Source: Pyrinomonadaceae bacterium (GTDB taxonomy: Bacteria; Acidobacteriota; Blastocatellia; Pyrinomonadales; Pyrinomonadaceae). Taken from it: 64,000 bases of DNA. The notes beneath the pieces were generated by a model that saw nothing but the letters and a program-made list of their open reading frames with translations, ran no database searches and was not told the DNA's origin. Both the position numbers and the translations under genes were made by a program. Below are positions 29,198 to 38,202 of this stretch, piece after piece; positions within the stretch are counted from its first letter, which is position 1; every line of letters starts with the position of its first letter. Where the stretch lies: the NCBI GenBank assembly GCA_035645695.1, contig DASQMC010000079.1, positions 3,402 to 67,401 on the forward strand, read 5' to 3'.

Positions 29198-31387
29198 CTA
29201 CTCGAAATGAAACGCGACGATGCGCCCCGCCGCCGGAATCCAACCGGGGTCGCGATCAAGTCCGGCCACGCGCACCTCAAAGGGCAACTCCGCCAGTCGC
29301 ATCAGGATGTCAACGTGCGTCGCCGTCACAAACACGCGCGCATTGCGCTCACACAGGAGACGCGCCGCGCGCCGCACGTCTCCCGTGCCGAGCGCGAGAC
29401 GCAGACGCGCGCGCGCGTAAAGATGCACGCGTTCGACCCAGAGCGCGAGCGGCGTGCGGCCGCGAATTTTGAGCGGGCGCGGGGCGCGCGTGGGCTTCCC
29501 CGCGAACGCGTGTGCGTAAACTTCCGACTCGCTCTCTAGTTGCGCTTCCAATTCCTCTTCACCGTCGAGCGGCACGTCAATCAAGAGGAACTTCTCAGGG
29601 TGTATGACCTGCAAGCGGCCTTGCCCCCGCGCGTCGCGCGCGACAGCCCAACGCCAGTTGCCCTTTGCGGGAATATTTCGCAGCCACCCGGCGTCCATGC
29701 GCCACGCGCCGGGCGGGCTGAAATTATCGCCGGGCGGCTCTCCCGGAGCGCGCCCGGAGAGTTGTGCCAGCAGAGGCCAGACGGGATCTTCCTCGACGCA
29801 CGCCCCGGCCATTCGCCGCCCGAGGAGGGCGACGAAATCCCAAACGGGCAGCGCGATGCACTGCGCGGCGGGCGCGGTGAAGTCGCCGTAGAGTTCGAGA
29901 AAGAGAGCGAGATTGACGAGATGAAACAGCCCGCCGAAACGCGTCTCGATCCGCGCTTCGAGCAAGGGCGAAACGGTTGTGTGCGTCGCCTCCGCCTCCG
30001 GGATGAAAGGGAGCGGCGCACCCGTCGCTTGTTCCTCAACCCGCGAGTCCGGCAACTCGAACAGCGGCGCGCTCGCGCCTCGTTCGGCGGCTTCACCTCG
30101 CGGCGCGACGCTTTCGACGACATCGGAAGTCACGGCGAGCGCGACCGTGTCTCTCGCCTCGAACTGTGAAGTCTCGGACTGCCGGGGGGGCTCTCCGTCC
30201 TGCGGCGAAAGTTTCGACGTGGGTGCGAAAGCGTTCGCGTCTTGAAACCCGGGAGTGCCACGCCGCGCGCCGCGAATTTCAGACGCGGGTTGTTGCAGTT
30301 TGTCTGAAACAACATGCACGGGAGACGCCGCGCGCACGCCCTCCGGTGTGTGAACCGCCCCGCGCGGGGAGGCCGCGCCCGGCTTTGACGCGGAAAGGGT
30401 CGGGAGCACGCGCGCGTCGCGCGGCTTTTTCGCATTCGAGCTTGGCGGCGCGGCGACCGCGTTCGTTTCACGGCCGGGTGAGGCCGCGTTCATCCACGCT
30501 TGTATGCGGAGCGCGAAACCGCTCCCGCGCACGACGACTGGCGCGCGGTGCAAGGCGAGTCCGACGCCGAGCAAGCATTGCTGCGACAATTCCAACTCGT
30601 GCGACGACGCCTCCGGCGCGAACTCCCTCCACGGCGACGCGCCTCCTCCTGCGCCCGTTTCCGCCGGAGGCGGTTGAAATTCCCCCCCCGCCGTGTCGCC
30701 GGGAAATGTTTCAGGTTGCGACGCTTTAGGCCGCATTCCGGCCGCGCCCGAACGCCCGGCATGTTCCGGCGCGGCGAAGACGACGGCCTGTAATTCGCCG
30801 AGCGCGAAACGGCGCACGAGGCTATCGAGTATGGCGCGCGCCCCGCCGGGCGCGAGCGCGCGCGCGAAGGCCACGGCTCGCTGCCGTCGCGCGAGATGTT
30901 CGAGCGCACCCGGCACGTATTCGGGCGTCTCGCGCCAGAGTTTGACGACCGCCGGGGCGTCGATGGTCTCTTTGAAAAGACTGCGCCACCACCAGCGCGC
31001 GGCGGCGCGCTGCTCGCACCAATCGCACGCGAGCGCGGCCAGCAACTCGGCGCGATCCTCGAAGACGACGCAGGGCGCATCGGCCGCGACCGCATCGCGC
31101 GCCGGACGCGGGGCGCGACGCGCGAGTTGTTCGATAGAAGCGCGCACGGACTGTTGCCATTCCGGCGGCAGGAACGAATTTGCGCCCGAGAGCGAGACGG
31201 TGCGCGGGCGCGGATCGTCGAGGCGGCGGATGCAGACGATGGCCGACGGGGGGAGCCCCGCGGGTTGCACTTCCGCCGCGCGGAAGAGAGTGGCGAGCCG
31301 CAACTGCGCCGCCAGCGGATCGAGGCCGGAGCACCGGACGCGCAGCCGCGACACGTAAGTCTGTTCACCCGTTTGCAGGTTGATCAT
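29198..31387 (-). CDS. Putative CIS tape measure protein (Afp14 position)
   Basis: The gene sits directly upstream of the AAA+ ATPase. The N-terminus (YVSRLRVRCSGLDPLAAQLRLATLFRAAEV...AIVCIRRLD) and the hydrophobic segment GGLFHLVNLALFLELYGDF resemble my memory of eCIS tape measure proteins. I chose the ATG at 31387 over the TTG at 31453. Confidence 0.5.
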   Translation of the reverse strand: MINLQTGEQTYVSRLRVRCSGLDPLAAQLRLATLFRAAEVQPAGLPPSAIVCIRRLDDPRPRTVSLSGANSFLPPEWQQSVRASIEQLARRAPRPARDAVAADAPCVVFEDRAELLAALACDWCEQRAAARWWWRSLFKETIDAPAVVKLWRETPEYVPGALEHLARRQRAVAFARALAPGGARAILDSLVRRFALGELQAVVFAAPEHAGRSGAAGMRPKASQPETFPGDTAGGEFQPPPAETGAGGGASPWREFAPEASSHELELSQQCLLGVGLALHRAPVVVRGSGFALRIQAWMNAASPGRETNAVAAPPSSNAKKPRDARVLPTLSASKPGAASPRGAVHTPEGVRAASPVHVVSDKLQQPASEIRGARRGTPGFQDANAFAPTSKLSPQDGEPPRQSETSQFEARDTVALAVTSDVVESVAPRGEAAERGASAPLFELPDSRVEEQATGAPLPFIPEAEATHTTVSPLLEARIETRFGGLFHLVNLALFLELYGDFTAPAAQCIALPVWDFVALLGRRMAGACVEEDPVWPLLAQLSGRAPGEPPGDNFSPPGAWRMDAGWLRNIPAKGNWRWAVARDARGQGRLQVIHPEKFLLIDVPLDGEEELEAQLESESEVYAHAFAGKPTRAPRPLKIRGRTPLALWVERVHLYARARLRLALGTGDVRRAARLLCERNARVFVTATHVDILMRLAELPFEVRVAGLDRDPGWIPAAGRIVAFHFE

Positions 31388-31512
31388 CTCAAAGAAACCG
31401 GGTCGGGTTCGCGGGAAGCAAGCGGCGAGCGAACGGGACGACTTCGTGGTCAACCCCGCGCCTGCGCGCCTCTTGCCTCACGCGAACCCGGCTCCATAAG
31501 GCCGCGCCCGTT

Positions 31513-33927
31513 TTAGAATCTGAAGCGCACTCCGCCCTGTAGGGTGGAGTACTTCACATTCGTGCCGGGCGTGAAGACGTTGTGGAAATTGTACGAGCCT
31601 TCGACGGCGAAGGTCGGAGTGACGTTGAATTGCAAGCCGCCGCCGAGGTTCAGGCCGCCGCGCGTGTCGCCGCCCCCGAGGCCGCCGAAATCGAAGTGAT
31701 ACGCGCCGCCGCCGCCGTTGAGAAACGGCCTGACTGAACCGCTCCCGCCGAAGACTTTGACGTTGCCGGAGAACTGGTGCACGTTGAGGTCTTCGACGGA
31801 GACGACGCCGAAGTCTTCGCCGCGAAAGCGATTGAAGTTGTACAACGCTTCGAGCGAGACCCGATTGTTCAGACGGTATTCGAGGTCGATACCGAAGTTC
31901 GGCCCCGTGCTGAACACGTCGCCGAATTCGGCATGCGGAATGCTCGCGCCCGCGTGCAAACTCAGCCCCCAGCGTTTCTCGTCGGCGTCGGCGGGAATCG
32001 AGCCGCCACCACCGCCGCCGCCCGTGCCGCCGCCCGTGCCGCCGCCCGTGCCGCCGCCGCCCGTGCCGCCGCCCGTGCCGCCGCCCGTGCCGCCGCCGCC
32101 CGTGCCGCCGCCGGGTTCAATCGCCTCAATCGTCGTCTTGATTTTGACGGCTCCGTTGTGCGGCACGCCGACGCGATAGAAGTTGGGCGCGAGTTGCTCG
32201 GCTCCGGTGAGGCTGTGTCTCCAACCTTCGAGAGCGCCCTTGTGCGTGACGTAATAGCCAAACGAATTTTGCGGCTCAAGGATGGTGAAGGCCGTTCCGT
32301 TCCTCGTTATGCGCCTGCCAGTATCGTGGTAGGCGTGCACGCGATAGGTCGGCATGAACGGGTCGAGTTCGCCGGTAATGTCGCCGCCCGGCCTGTTGCC
32401 CGGCATGGTCGATGCGCTGCCCCCTATAGCGGTCGCACTGCCTCTCGCCGGGTCGCGATCATCCTGACCGACTTTCGACGGCATGTTCGCCGTCTCGACG
32501 TAGAGATAGACATCGCGTCGCGGCGTCCCGCCCAGCGCGGGCAGCCCGACGACGCTGATCTCGGCGTCGCGCTCAAACGTCGAAGCGTTGACGAAGTCCA
32601 TGTTGCGCACGGCGGTGTCGTTGAGAAACTTCAGGTCGGTGGTCGATGTCAGTTGCACCAGCATGCACTGGTGCATGGTCTTATCGCCGTCGAGAAACGG
32701 CGTTTTCTCCGCCACGTTGAAGGTGAGCGGGAAGGAGATGGTTCCCTCCGAGGCGTTGTTGATAACGGCCGCGCTCGGCACTTTATCGCCGTTGCGGAGC
32801 TTGACCCACAGCCCCGCCGGGTCGCCCGAATCGTTGAGCCCGATTTGCGACCCCCAGTTGGCGATATAGTAAGTGGCCTGAATTTGTCCGGCGGGAATCG
32901 GCTGGCCGGTGTTGTTGAAAGGTTTCGCGACGAACGTGTTCGGGCTTTGCAGGTTCATCAGGCTCGTCGGGTTATTGGTCGTCCCGATCTTTCCGCCTTT
33001 CAGCGAGACGCCGTCTGTGGGGCATTGCGGGTCGGGCGAGTCGGCGGTTCCGTTCGTCAGCCGCATCTCTTCCCACGTGCTGGTTTCAGGGAATTGATCT
33101 TCGCCCTCGCCGTTCACGCCGATGTCGGCCGCCGATTGCGGGAATTTATAGACGATGTAGGCGTCGCCCATCGCAGGCATGACGCGCAGTTCATACCACA
33201 TGCGAAACGTGGACGGGATGTTCAGCCCGTTTGCGAGTCCTGAATTGCTGAACGGGATCATCATTTCCACCGCCCACGAATTGCTCGGATTATTTTGCAC
33301 CCAGATTCTCGTCCTGCCGGTGAGCCATGCGGGCGTGTTCGCGCCCACGTAAGCGTCGCCGGGGCTGGCCGCCGGTTTGGTCGAGATGGTCGCGCCGTAT
33401 TGCGAGGTCGCCAGTCCGGGGGCGGCGTTATTGAGTTGGATGGAGATGAGTACATCCTCCTGACCGCCGCCGGGGCTGAAGCCGACGAACAGGCGATTGT
33501 TCGTGTTAACGGCAAGACTCGGCGCGACCTTCACGTTCCAGGACAGGTAGAGGCCGGTGGCCGCGCCCGCGTTCGAGTGCAGGACGCGGAACGCGACGTG
33601 CTCGGCCGTGCCCGTACCGCGCGTGTAATTGGCGGCTCCGCGCCAGCGCGGGTCGTCGAGCCGGTTGCTGAATCTATCCGGCGCGTTTGGCGACGCTCCC
33701 ATGTTCCACCAGTTCGGCGGCGCGCTTTGTCCGGGGACGCCGATGGCGCGCGGCACGCAGGTCGTGGCGGCCTCGATGGTCTGGCTGAATAAGCCTGCGC
33801 AGAAGACCGCTACGAAGACTGCGTAACCGATGCGGCCGATGCGGCCGAAGTGCGGAAGGCGACGGCGGCGCGCGTGGGCAAGAGATGTTGAAGGCGCGGT
33901 TTGCGTGTGGCGGGTGCTGAAATTCAT
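31513..33927 (-). CDS. Secreted protein with about 600-aa N-terminal passenger, poly-Gly/Thr linker and C-terminal outer-membrane beta-barrel
   Basis: - The N-terminus is a signal-like hydrophobic segment (GYAVFVAVFCAGLFSQTIEA).
- The linker reads GGGTGGGGTGGGTGGGTGGGGTGGGTGGGTGGGGGGG.
- The last roughly 165 aa show alternating-hydrophobic strands (WGLSLHAG, FGIDLEYRL, SLEALYNFNRF, GNVKVF, GGGAYHFDF, GLNLGGGLQFNV, FAVEGSYNFHNVF).
- The protein ends in GGVRFRF, the aromatic C-terminal OMP signature. Confidence 0.75.
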   Translation of the reverse strand: MNFSTRHTQTAPSTSLAHARRRRLPHFGRIGRIGYAVFVAVFCAGLFSQTIEAATTCVPRAIGVPGQSAPPNWWNMGASPNAPDRFSNRLDDPRWRGAANYTRGTGTAEHVAFRVLHSNAGAATGLYLSWNVKVAPSLAVNTNNRLFVGFSPGGGQEDVLISIQLNNAAPGLATSQYGATISTKPAASPGDAYVGANTPAWLTGRTRIWVQNNPSNSWAVEMMIPFSNSGLANGLNIPSTFRMWYELRVMPAMGDAYIVYKFPQSAADIGVNGEGEDQFPETSTWEEMRLTNGTADSPDPQCPTDGVSLKGGKIGTTNNPTSLMNLQSPNTFVAKPFNNTGQPIPAGQIQATYYIANWGSQIGLNDSGDPAGLWVKLRNGDKVPSAAVINNASEGTISFPLTFNVAEKTPFLDGDKTMHQCMLVQLTSTTDLKFLNDTAVRNMDFVNASTFERDAEISVVGLPALGGTPRRDVYLYVETANMPSKVGQDDRDPARGSATAIGGSASTMPGNRPGGDITGELDPFMPTYRVHAYHDTGRRITRNGTAFTILEPQNSFGYYVTHKGALEGWRHSLTGAEQLAPNFYRVGVPHNGAVKIKTTIEAIEPGGGTGGGGTGGGTGGGTGGGGTGGGTGGGTGGGGGGGSIPADADEKRWGLSLHAGASIPHAEFGDVFSTGPNFGIDLEYRLNNRVSLEALYNFNRFRGEDFGVVSVEDLNVHQFSGNVKVFGGSGSVRPFLNGGGGAYHFDFGGLGGGDTRGGLNLGGGLQFNVTPTFAVEGSYNFHNVFTPGTNVKYSTLQGGVRFRF
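32002..32113. repeat. Tandem GC-rich repeat encoding the poly-Gly/Thr linker
   Basis: There are repeating cccgtgccgccg units, including a near-perfect duplication of about 33 bp, inside the CDS 31513..33927. Confidence 0.85.
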
Positions 33928-34007
33928 TTCGTATCTCCTTATCAGGCTGTGAGGTCAACGGCAATGATCCTCTTGGAATGCGGACGGTCGGGTGCGGCCA
34001 ACGTCCG

Positions 34008-35255
34008 CTAGGCTTGCGCCGGCAGTTTCAGTAATAAGCTCAGCGTCCGTTTGAGCGAGGAGCCCTGTCGTTGAAGTTGGATTTCGACTTTGGCCTGCGC
34101 CGTGGCGGCTTCGAGCGCCTTGATGCTGATTCGCAAAGGCTTCGTCGCCTCGCCCGAATTATCGAAATCCTCCTTCTTGATCTCGAACGGGTTCGGAACA
34201 GTTTGTGTGCTGACGGTGGCCGTCCAACCCGAGCCGGACGTGATCTTGGCGGTCACGTCGTATATGCCGACGGCCTGAATGACGGCCGTGGGGTTGACGC
34301 GCGCGACCTGATTAGTCTGCGCCGTAGATTTCTGCAAGGTGATGGTCGGCGGCGCGGTGGAGTTGTTCACACTCCCGGCCGAGACGGGGATGAATTCGAT
34401 AGCCGGGGTTTGCCCCCCCGTGTTGAGGAGCAGGTTGGTTGCGGGGTCGGGCGGATCGATGGCCTGCCCGACGGTAAATTCCGCGGCGCCGCCCGTCGTG
34501 CCGCCGACTTTGCCCGACGAGGCCGAGACTTTCAACCCGAATTTCTGCCCGTTCGTGTTCGGCGGGACGGCCTTGATTCTGACGAAGAAGGTTTTCGTCT
34601 CGTTAACTTCGAGGTGAATCTGGTTGCCCTGCGCCTTGGCCTTCTGGCTGTTAAGCAACTCGATCTGGCTCTGCCACGGCGCGGGATCATTGACGCCCGT
34701 GATCTCCGTCGTGATCGTGAAGTCGGCGGCAAGCGAGGCGCGCGACTTCAGGCTGTATTCAAAAGTCACGGCGCTGCCGGGGGTGATCGTGAGCGGGTCG
34801 GCGGTTTTGAACAGCACATCCACGCCGCCTTCGAGCGAGAGTTCGACGGGCAGGATCGTCACCACCTTCTGGGCGGACTCGCTGACGTTGCTGACGCGCA
34901 CCGTAACCTGCTTGCCCTGCGGCGGGAGGTTCGGGATGACGGGGATGGTGAAGATCAGGTTCTGGTCGTTTGACCCGGCGAGGTAGGTGTCAACCCGCGT
35001 GTCTTCGTCGAACGTTACCTCGGTGGCTCCGATCACGAATCCGAAGTTCTGCCCGGTGATGTGCATTTGTTGATTGACGCGCGGCGGCGGAGAATGCGGC
35101 TTTATGTCCGTGATGAAGACCTTGCCGCCCACCGGCCCGATTGATTCAAGCCCCGCCACTTTCGCCTGCAACGCGTTGATCTCGTCAACGATGCGATTGA
35201 TGAATTGCGCCGTGATCAGATCGCCCGGCTTTACCTTGTCGATTATCTGCGCCAT
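34008..35255 (-). CDS. Fibre/receptor-binding-like protein: N-terminal coiled coil plus IPT/TIG-type Ig-like domains (Afp13 position)
   Basis: MAQIIDKVKPGDLITAQFINRIVDEINALQAKVAGLE is a phage-fibre-like N-terminus. The IPT-like segment is ITDIKPHSPPPRVNQQMHITGQNFGFVIGATEVTFD...VTVRVSN. The remainder is beta-rich. Confidence 0.6.
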   Translation of the reverse strand: MAQIIDKVKPGDLITAQFINRIVDEINALQAKVAGLESIGPVGGKVFITDIKPHSPPPRVNQQMHITGQNFGFVIGATEVTFDEDTRVDTYLAGSNDQNLIFTIPVIPNLPPQGKQVTVRVSNVSESAQKVVTILPVELSLEGGVDVLFKTADPLTITPGSAVTFEYSLKSRASLAADFTITTEITGVNDPAPWQSQIELLNSQKAKAQGNQIHLEVNETKTFFVRIKAVPPNTNGQKFGLKVSASSGKVGGTTGGAAEFTVGQAIDPPDPATNLLLNTGGQTPAIEFIPVSAGSVNNSTAPPTITLQKSTAQTNQVARVNPTAVIQAVGIYDVTAKITSGSGWTATVSTQTVPNPFEIKKEDFDNSGEATKPLRISIKALEAATAQAKVEIQLQRQGSSLKRTLSLLLKLPAQA

Positions 35256-35307
35256 CTTCGTTCTCCTCTCTTCTCGTCCCGGCTGATTCAGCCTTGAGCA
35301 GCAAGAC

Positions 35308-36636
35308 TCAGGAATAATTGCTGTAGTTCCAACGAGCCAGGTTGTAATGCGCGTCTCCGTGATAGGGGACGTGGCCGCTCGTGAAGATCATGTAAGGTTG
35401 CGGCGGATCGGCCGCCGCCTGCGCCCCCATGTTTTCTCTCACGCGATAGACGCGGAGCACTTCCTTGCCCCCGAGGACGTGCGGCGCATAGTCGAGCGCG
35501 GTGCGCAACAGTTCGACCGCCCGCGCGCCTTCCGTGTAGACGGGCGGGGGATAAATGATGCCCTCGAAAAATTTCAGGTAGTTGAAGCCGACGGGCGAAC
35601 CGGCGCTGGCGAGCGGCACGATGCCCGCGGGCGGCAGGTAGCGAAAGTAGGATTTCGCGGCCACGCCTTCCGGGTGCGGATTGTCGCGGCGAATCGCATC
35701 CAGATGTTCCTGAAACTGCCGAAACATCGCTTCGGCGTTTGCGACGCGCCCGTCGTCGAGCGACGGCGACCAGCGATCCGCATCCGGTCGCCCCGAAGGG
35801 CGACGCCTCACAGACCACATGTCGGTAAAACCGATGCCGTTCGCAGTCCAGTAGACGAGCGCGAGCGGCACATCGCAAGGCGTCAACATTCCCTGTTGTT
35901 TGAGCGGCGTGGTGAGCTTTGCCCCGGCGCGCGCCGCGTCTTCGACGAACGGGTCGGCGACGAAACTCTTTCGCCGCGCCTCGCCCGAACAGAGTTGCGC
36001 CAGCATGTTTCTGAGAAGCGAGAGGTTGGCCGCGCCGCCCGCGTTCATCAGGGTTTTGAGTTCGGCGCGCGCGTCGGCCGGGATGGCGGGGTTGGTATCC
36101 ACGTCCGCGTTGACGAGTTTGAACTGCACTCCCTCGACGGCGTAGCGGCTGCCGCAGCCCGGACTCGTCAGACCCGTGTTTCCCAAACCGCTCACGGGCG
36201 CGCGCTCGTCGTAGCCGGAGGCGGGCGTGATGACGAGCAGGTAGACGCCCGCACCGGCGACGACGGCCGTCTGCGTCGGCGGCGCGCACGTGGCGAATAG
36301 TCCCGCCTCCGCGTTGGCCGCTTCGAGTTCGCGCACGAGCGCGACTTCCGTATCGAGCGGCAGCGAAAGCGTCTGGCCGTTCTCGTTCAAGGCCATCCCC
36401 GCGCTCACGCGCACGACCGCGTTCTTAAGGCCGCCCGCGCCCGACTGCGGCGCGCTCTCCACCTCAAGGCCGTTGACGACCCCTGCGCCGATGGCTCTTC
36501 CGAGTTGCGCATCGCGCGCGCGGTTGGCCTGCTGCTCCTGCCGCAAATCTTCGGCCGAGAGCAAGCGCCCGTTGAAGAAGTTGGTGTTGCGAATGCCGCC
36601 TTCGAGGAAAGGCTCCAGCAGTTCGATTCTGCCCAT
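35308..36636 (-). CDS. CIS-associated hypothetical protein, paralog of 36660..38117 (baseplate-distal / fibre-associated candidate)
   Basis: It shares an N-terminal pattern with the neighbouring gene. Here that pattern is LSAEDLRQEQQANRARDAQLGRAIGAGVVNGLEV...VSAGMALNENGQTLSL. In the neighbour it is LGVDDLTQEFAYHSGRDQLMMRDSIGYGTVNGLRV...VSPGTAVTPRGQLVHV. Confidence 0.55.
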   Translation of the reverse strand: MGRIELLEPFLEGGIRNTNFFNGRLLSAEDLRQEQQANRARDAQLGRAIGAGVVNGLEVESAPQSGAGGLKNAVVRVSAGMALNENGQTLSLPLDTEVALVRELEAANAEAGLFATCAPPTQTAVVAGAGVYLLVITPASGYDERAPVSGLGNTGLTSPGCGSRYAVEGVQFKLVNADVDTNPAIPADARAELKTLMNAGGAANLSLLRNMLAQLCSGEARRKSFVADPFVEDAARAGAKLTTPLKQQGMLTPCDVPLALVYWTANGIGFTDMWSVRRRPSGRPDADRWSPSLDDGRVANAEAMFRQFQEHLDAIRRDNPHPEGVAAKSYFRYLPPAGIVPLASAGSPVGFNYLKFFEGIIYPPPVYTEGARAVELLRTALDYAPHVLGGKEVLRVYRVRENMGAQAAADPPQPYMIFTSGHVPYHGDAHYNLARWNYSNYS

Positions 36637-36659
36637 GTCGGATTAACCTCTCTCTTGAA

Positions 36660-38117
36660 CTAGATGACGGGCGGCGCGAATGCCGTCACGCGTTGCGGGC
36701 TGTCCTGCCCGACGAAGTTGATGTGACGCGCGGCGGCGTGCTGCGCAAGCGACGCCTCATCCCCGCCTTCCGGCTGTACTTTCATGCCGTCGAGGTTGAA
36801 GGCGAACCGGATTAAGCGTGCGTCGGCGGCGAGTTCCACCTCGAACACGTTTCTCATAGTCGGGACAGGCGCGATGGAGACGACGTTAAGCGGGTCGAGA
36901 AAATAGTTCGGCGCGTCGGTTTCCTGCACCGCCATGAGATCGTCGTGTGTGAAAGAGATGAGCGCGATCTGGTTTTCCGGCGTGTCGAGATGAAACCAGA
37001 AACGGAACAGGGGCGCGCCGCCCGTGTCGCGCACGATGGTGACGAGCGGGAGCGTCTGCACGCGCGGCCGCGCTACCTCGCCGAAACTGCCGCACGTCAA
37101 CCACTCCTGCAACATGCGATTGTGAATCAGGTAAGGACGGCGATCTTCCAGCACGCGCACGGGCGTCGTCGTGTCGAGCAGCACGTCCGCCGTCAGCGGC
37201 ACGCGCAGGTCTGCGAGCAGCACACAGTTGTCGTCAGTGACAGTACCGGAGTCCGAACCGTCCGGCGCGCAAGAGGCCGACTGAGTGTTGAACCGCCGTG
37301 GACGCCAGCGCGGGCGAAATTCCGTGACCCACAGGCGAAACGCGATGCGCCGGAACTCGCAGGCCTGCGCGACGTTGACGCGCATCGGATCGGCGGGCGA
37401 AGCGTCGAGCATGAAATCGGGCGGCAACTCGTCGGGCGGCAGCACGGCCGGGTGCGCTGCGTCGAGCACGGCCGCGATGAAGTCGGCCTCGCTCGTGAGG
37501 TTGTTTTCGTCCTCCGTCACGACGAGGTGCTCGTTGAGCCATTTGATGAAATCGCGCAGGGCGTCTTCTTCGCGCTGGTCGGGCGTGGGCGGCTTGGCCG
37601 CGCGCCGCACGCGCAGTTCGAGTTTGAAGTCGTCGCGCAGGCGCGAATAGGCCATCGTGTCTTCTTCGCTGCGGCACGGTTCGCCGGGGACGGGCACTTT
37701 ATCCGTCGGGCATGAGCGATAGCACAAGACGACCGAGAGCATGACGGGCGACGCGGGCGGCGTGCCCACTTCATCGCCGACGGCCTTTTTGTTCTTCGCC
37801 ACGGCCAGCCACTTTCCGAGGTGCGCGCACTGCGCCGTGTTGACGTGGACTAATTGCCCGCGCGGCGTGACGGCCGTGCCGGGCGAGACGTTCACTTCGA
37901 TCTCGCCGTTGGCGTTCGGTGCGACCGTCACACGCAGGCCGTTCACCGTGCCGTAGCCGATTGAATCGCGCATCATGAGTTGATCGCGCCCGGAGTGGTA
38001 AGCGAACTCCTGCGTCAGATCGTCCACGCCGAGCACCATGCCGTAGGTGTAATTGACGTGCTTGGTCGGATCGCCCGAAGCGCCCGGAGTTGCCATGCGC
38101 GATGTGAAGTCTTCCAT
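36660..38117 (-). CDS. CIS-associated hypothetical protein, paralog of 35308..36636
   Basis: It has an ATG start and lies immediately after the gpI-like baseplate gene. See the paralog evidence above. Confidence 0.55.
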   Translation of the reverse strand: MEDFTSRMATPGASGDPTKHVNYTYGMVLGVDDLTQEFAYHSGRDQLMMRDSIGYGTVNGLRVTVAPNANGEIEVNVSPGTAVTPRGQLVHVNTAQCAHLGKWLAVAKNKKAVGDEVGTPPASPVMLSVVLCYRSCPTDKVPVPGEPCRSEEDTMAYSRLRDDFKLELRVRRAAKPPTPDQREEDALRDFIKWLNEHLVVTEDENNLTSEADFIAAVLDAAHPAVLPPDELPPDFMLDASPADPMRVNVAQACEFRRIAFRLWVTEFRPRWRPRRFNTQSASCAPDGSDSGTVTDDNCVLLADLRVPLTADVLLDTTTPVRVLEDRRPYLIHNRMLQEWLTCGSFGEVARPRVQTLPLVTIVRDTGGAPLFRFWFHLDTPENQIALISFTHDDLMAVQETDAPNYFLDPLNVVSIAPVPTMRNVFEVELAADARLIRFAFNLDGMKVQPEGGDEASLAQHAAARHINFVGQDSPQRVTAFAPPVI

Positions 38118-38202
38118 TGTTTTTCTCCTGCTGCAAAAATGTCGCCCGCCCCGACGCGCCGCGACCGTCGCCGAAAGAGGGCTGAAGTCCCGGCGGCGGC
38201 TC

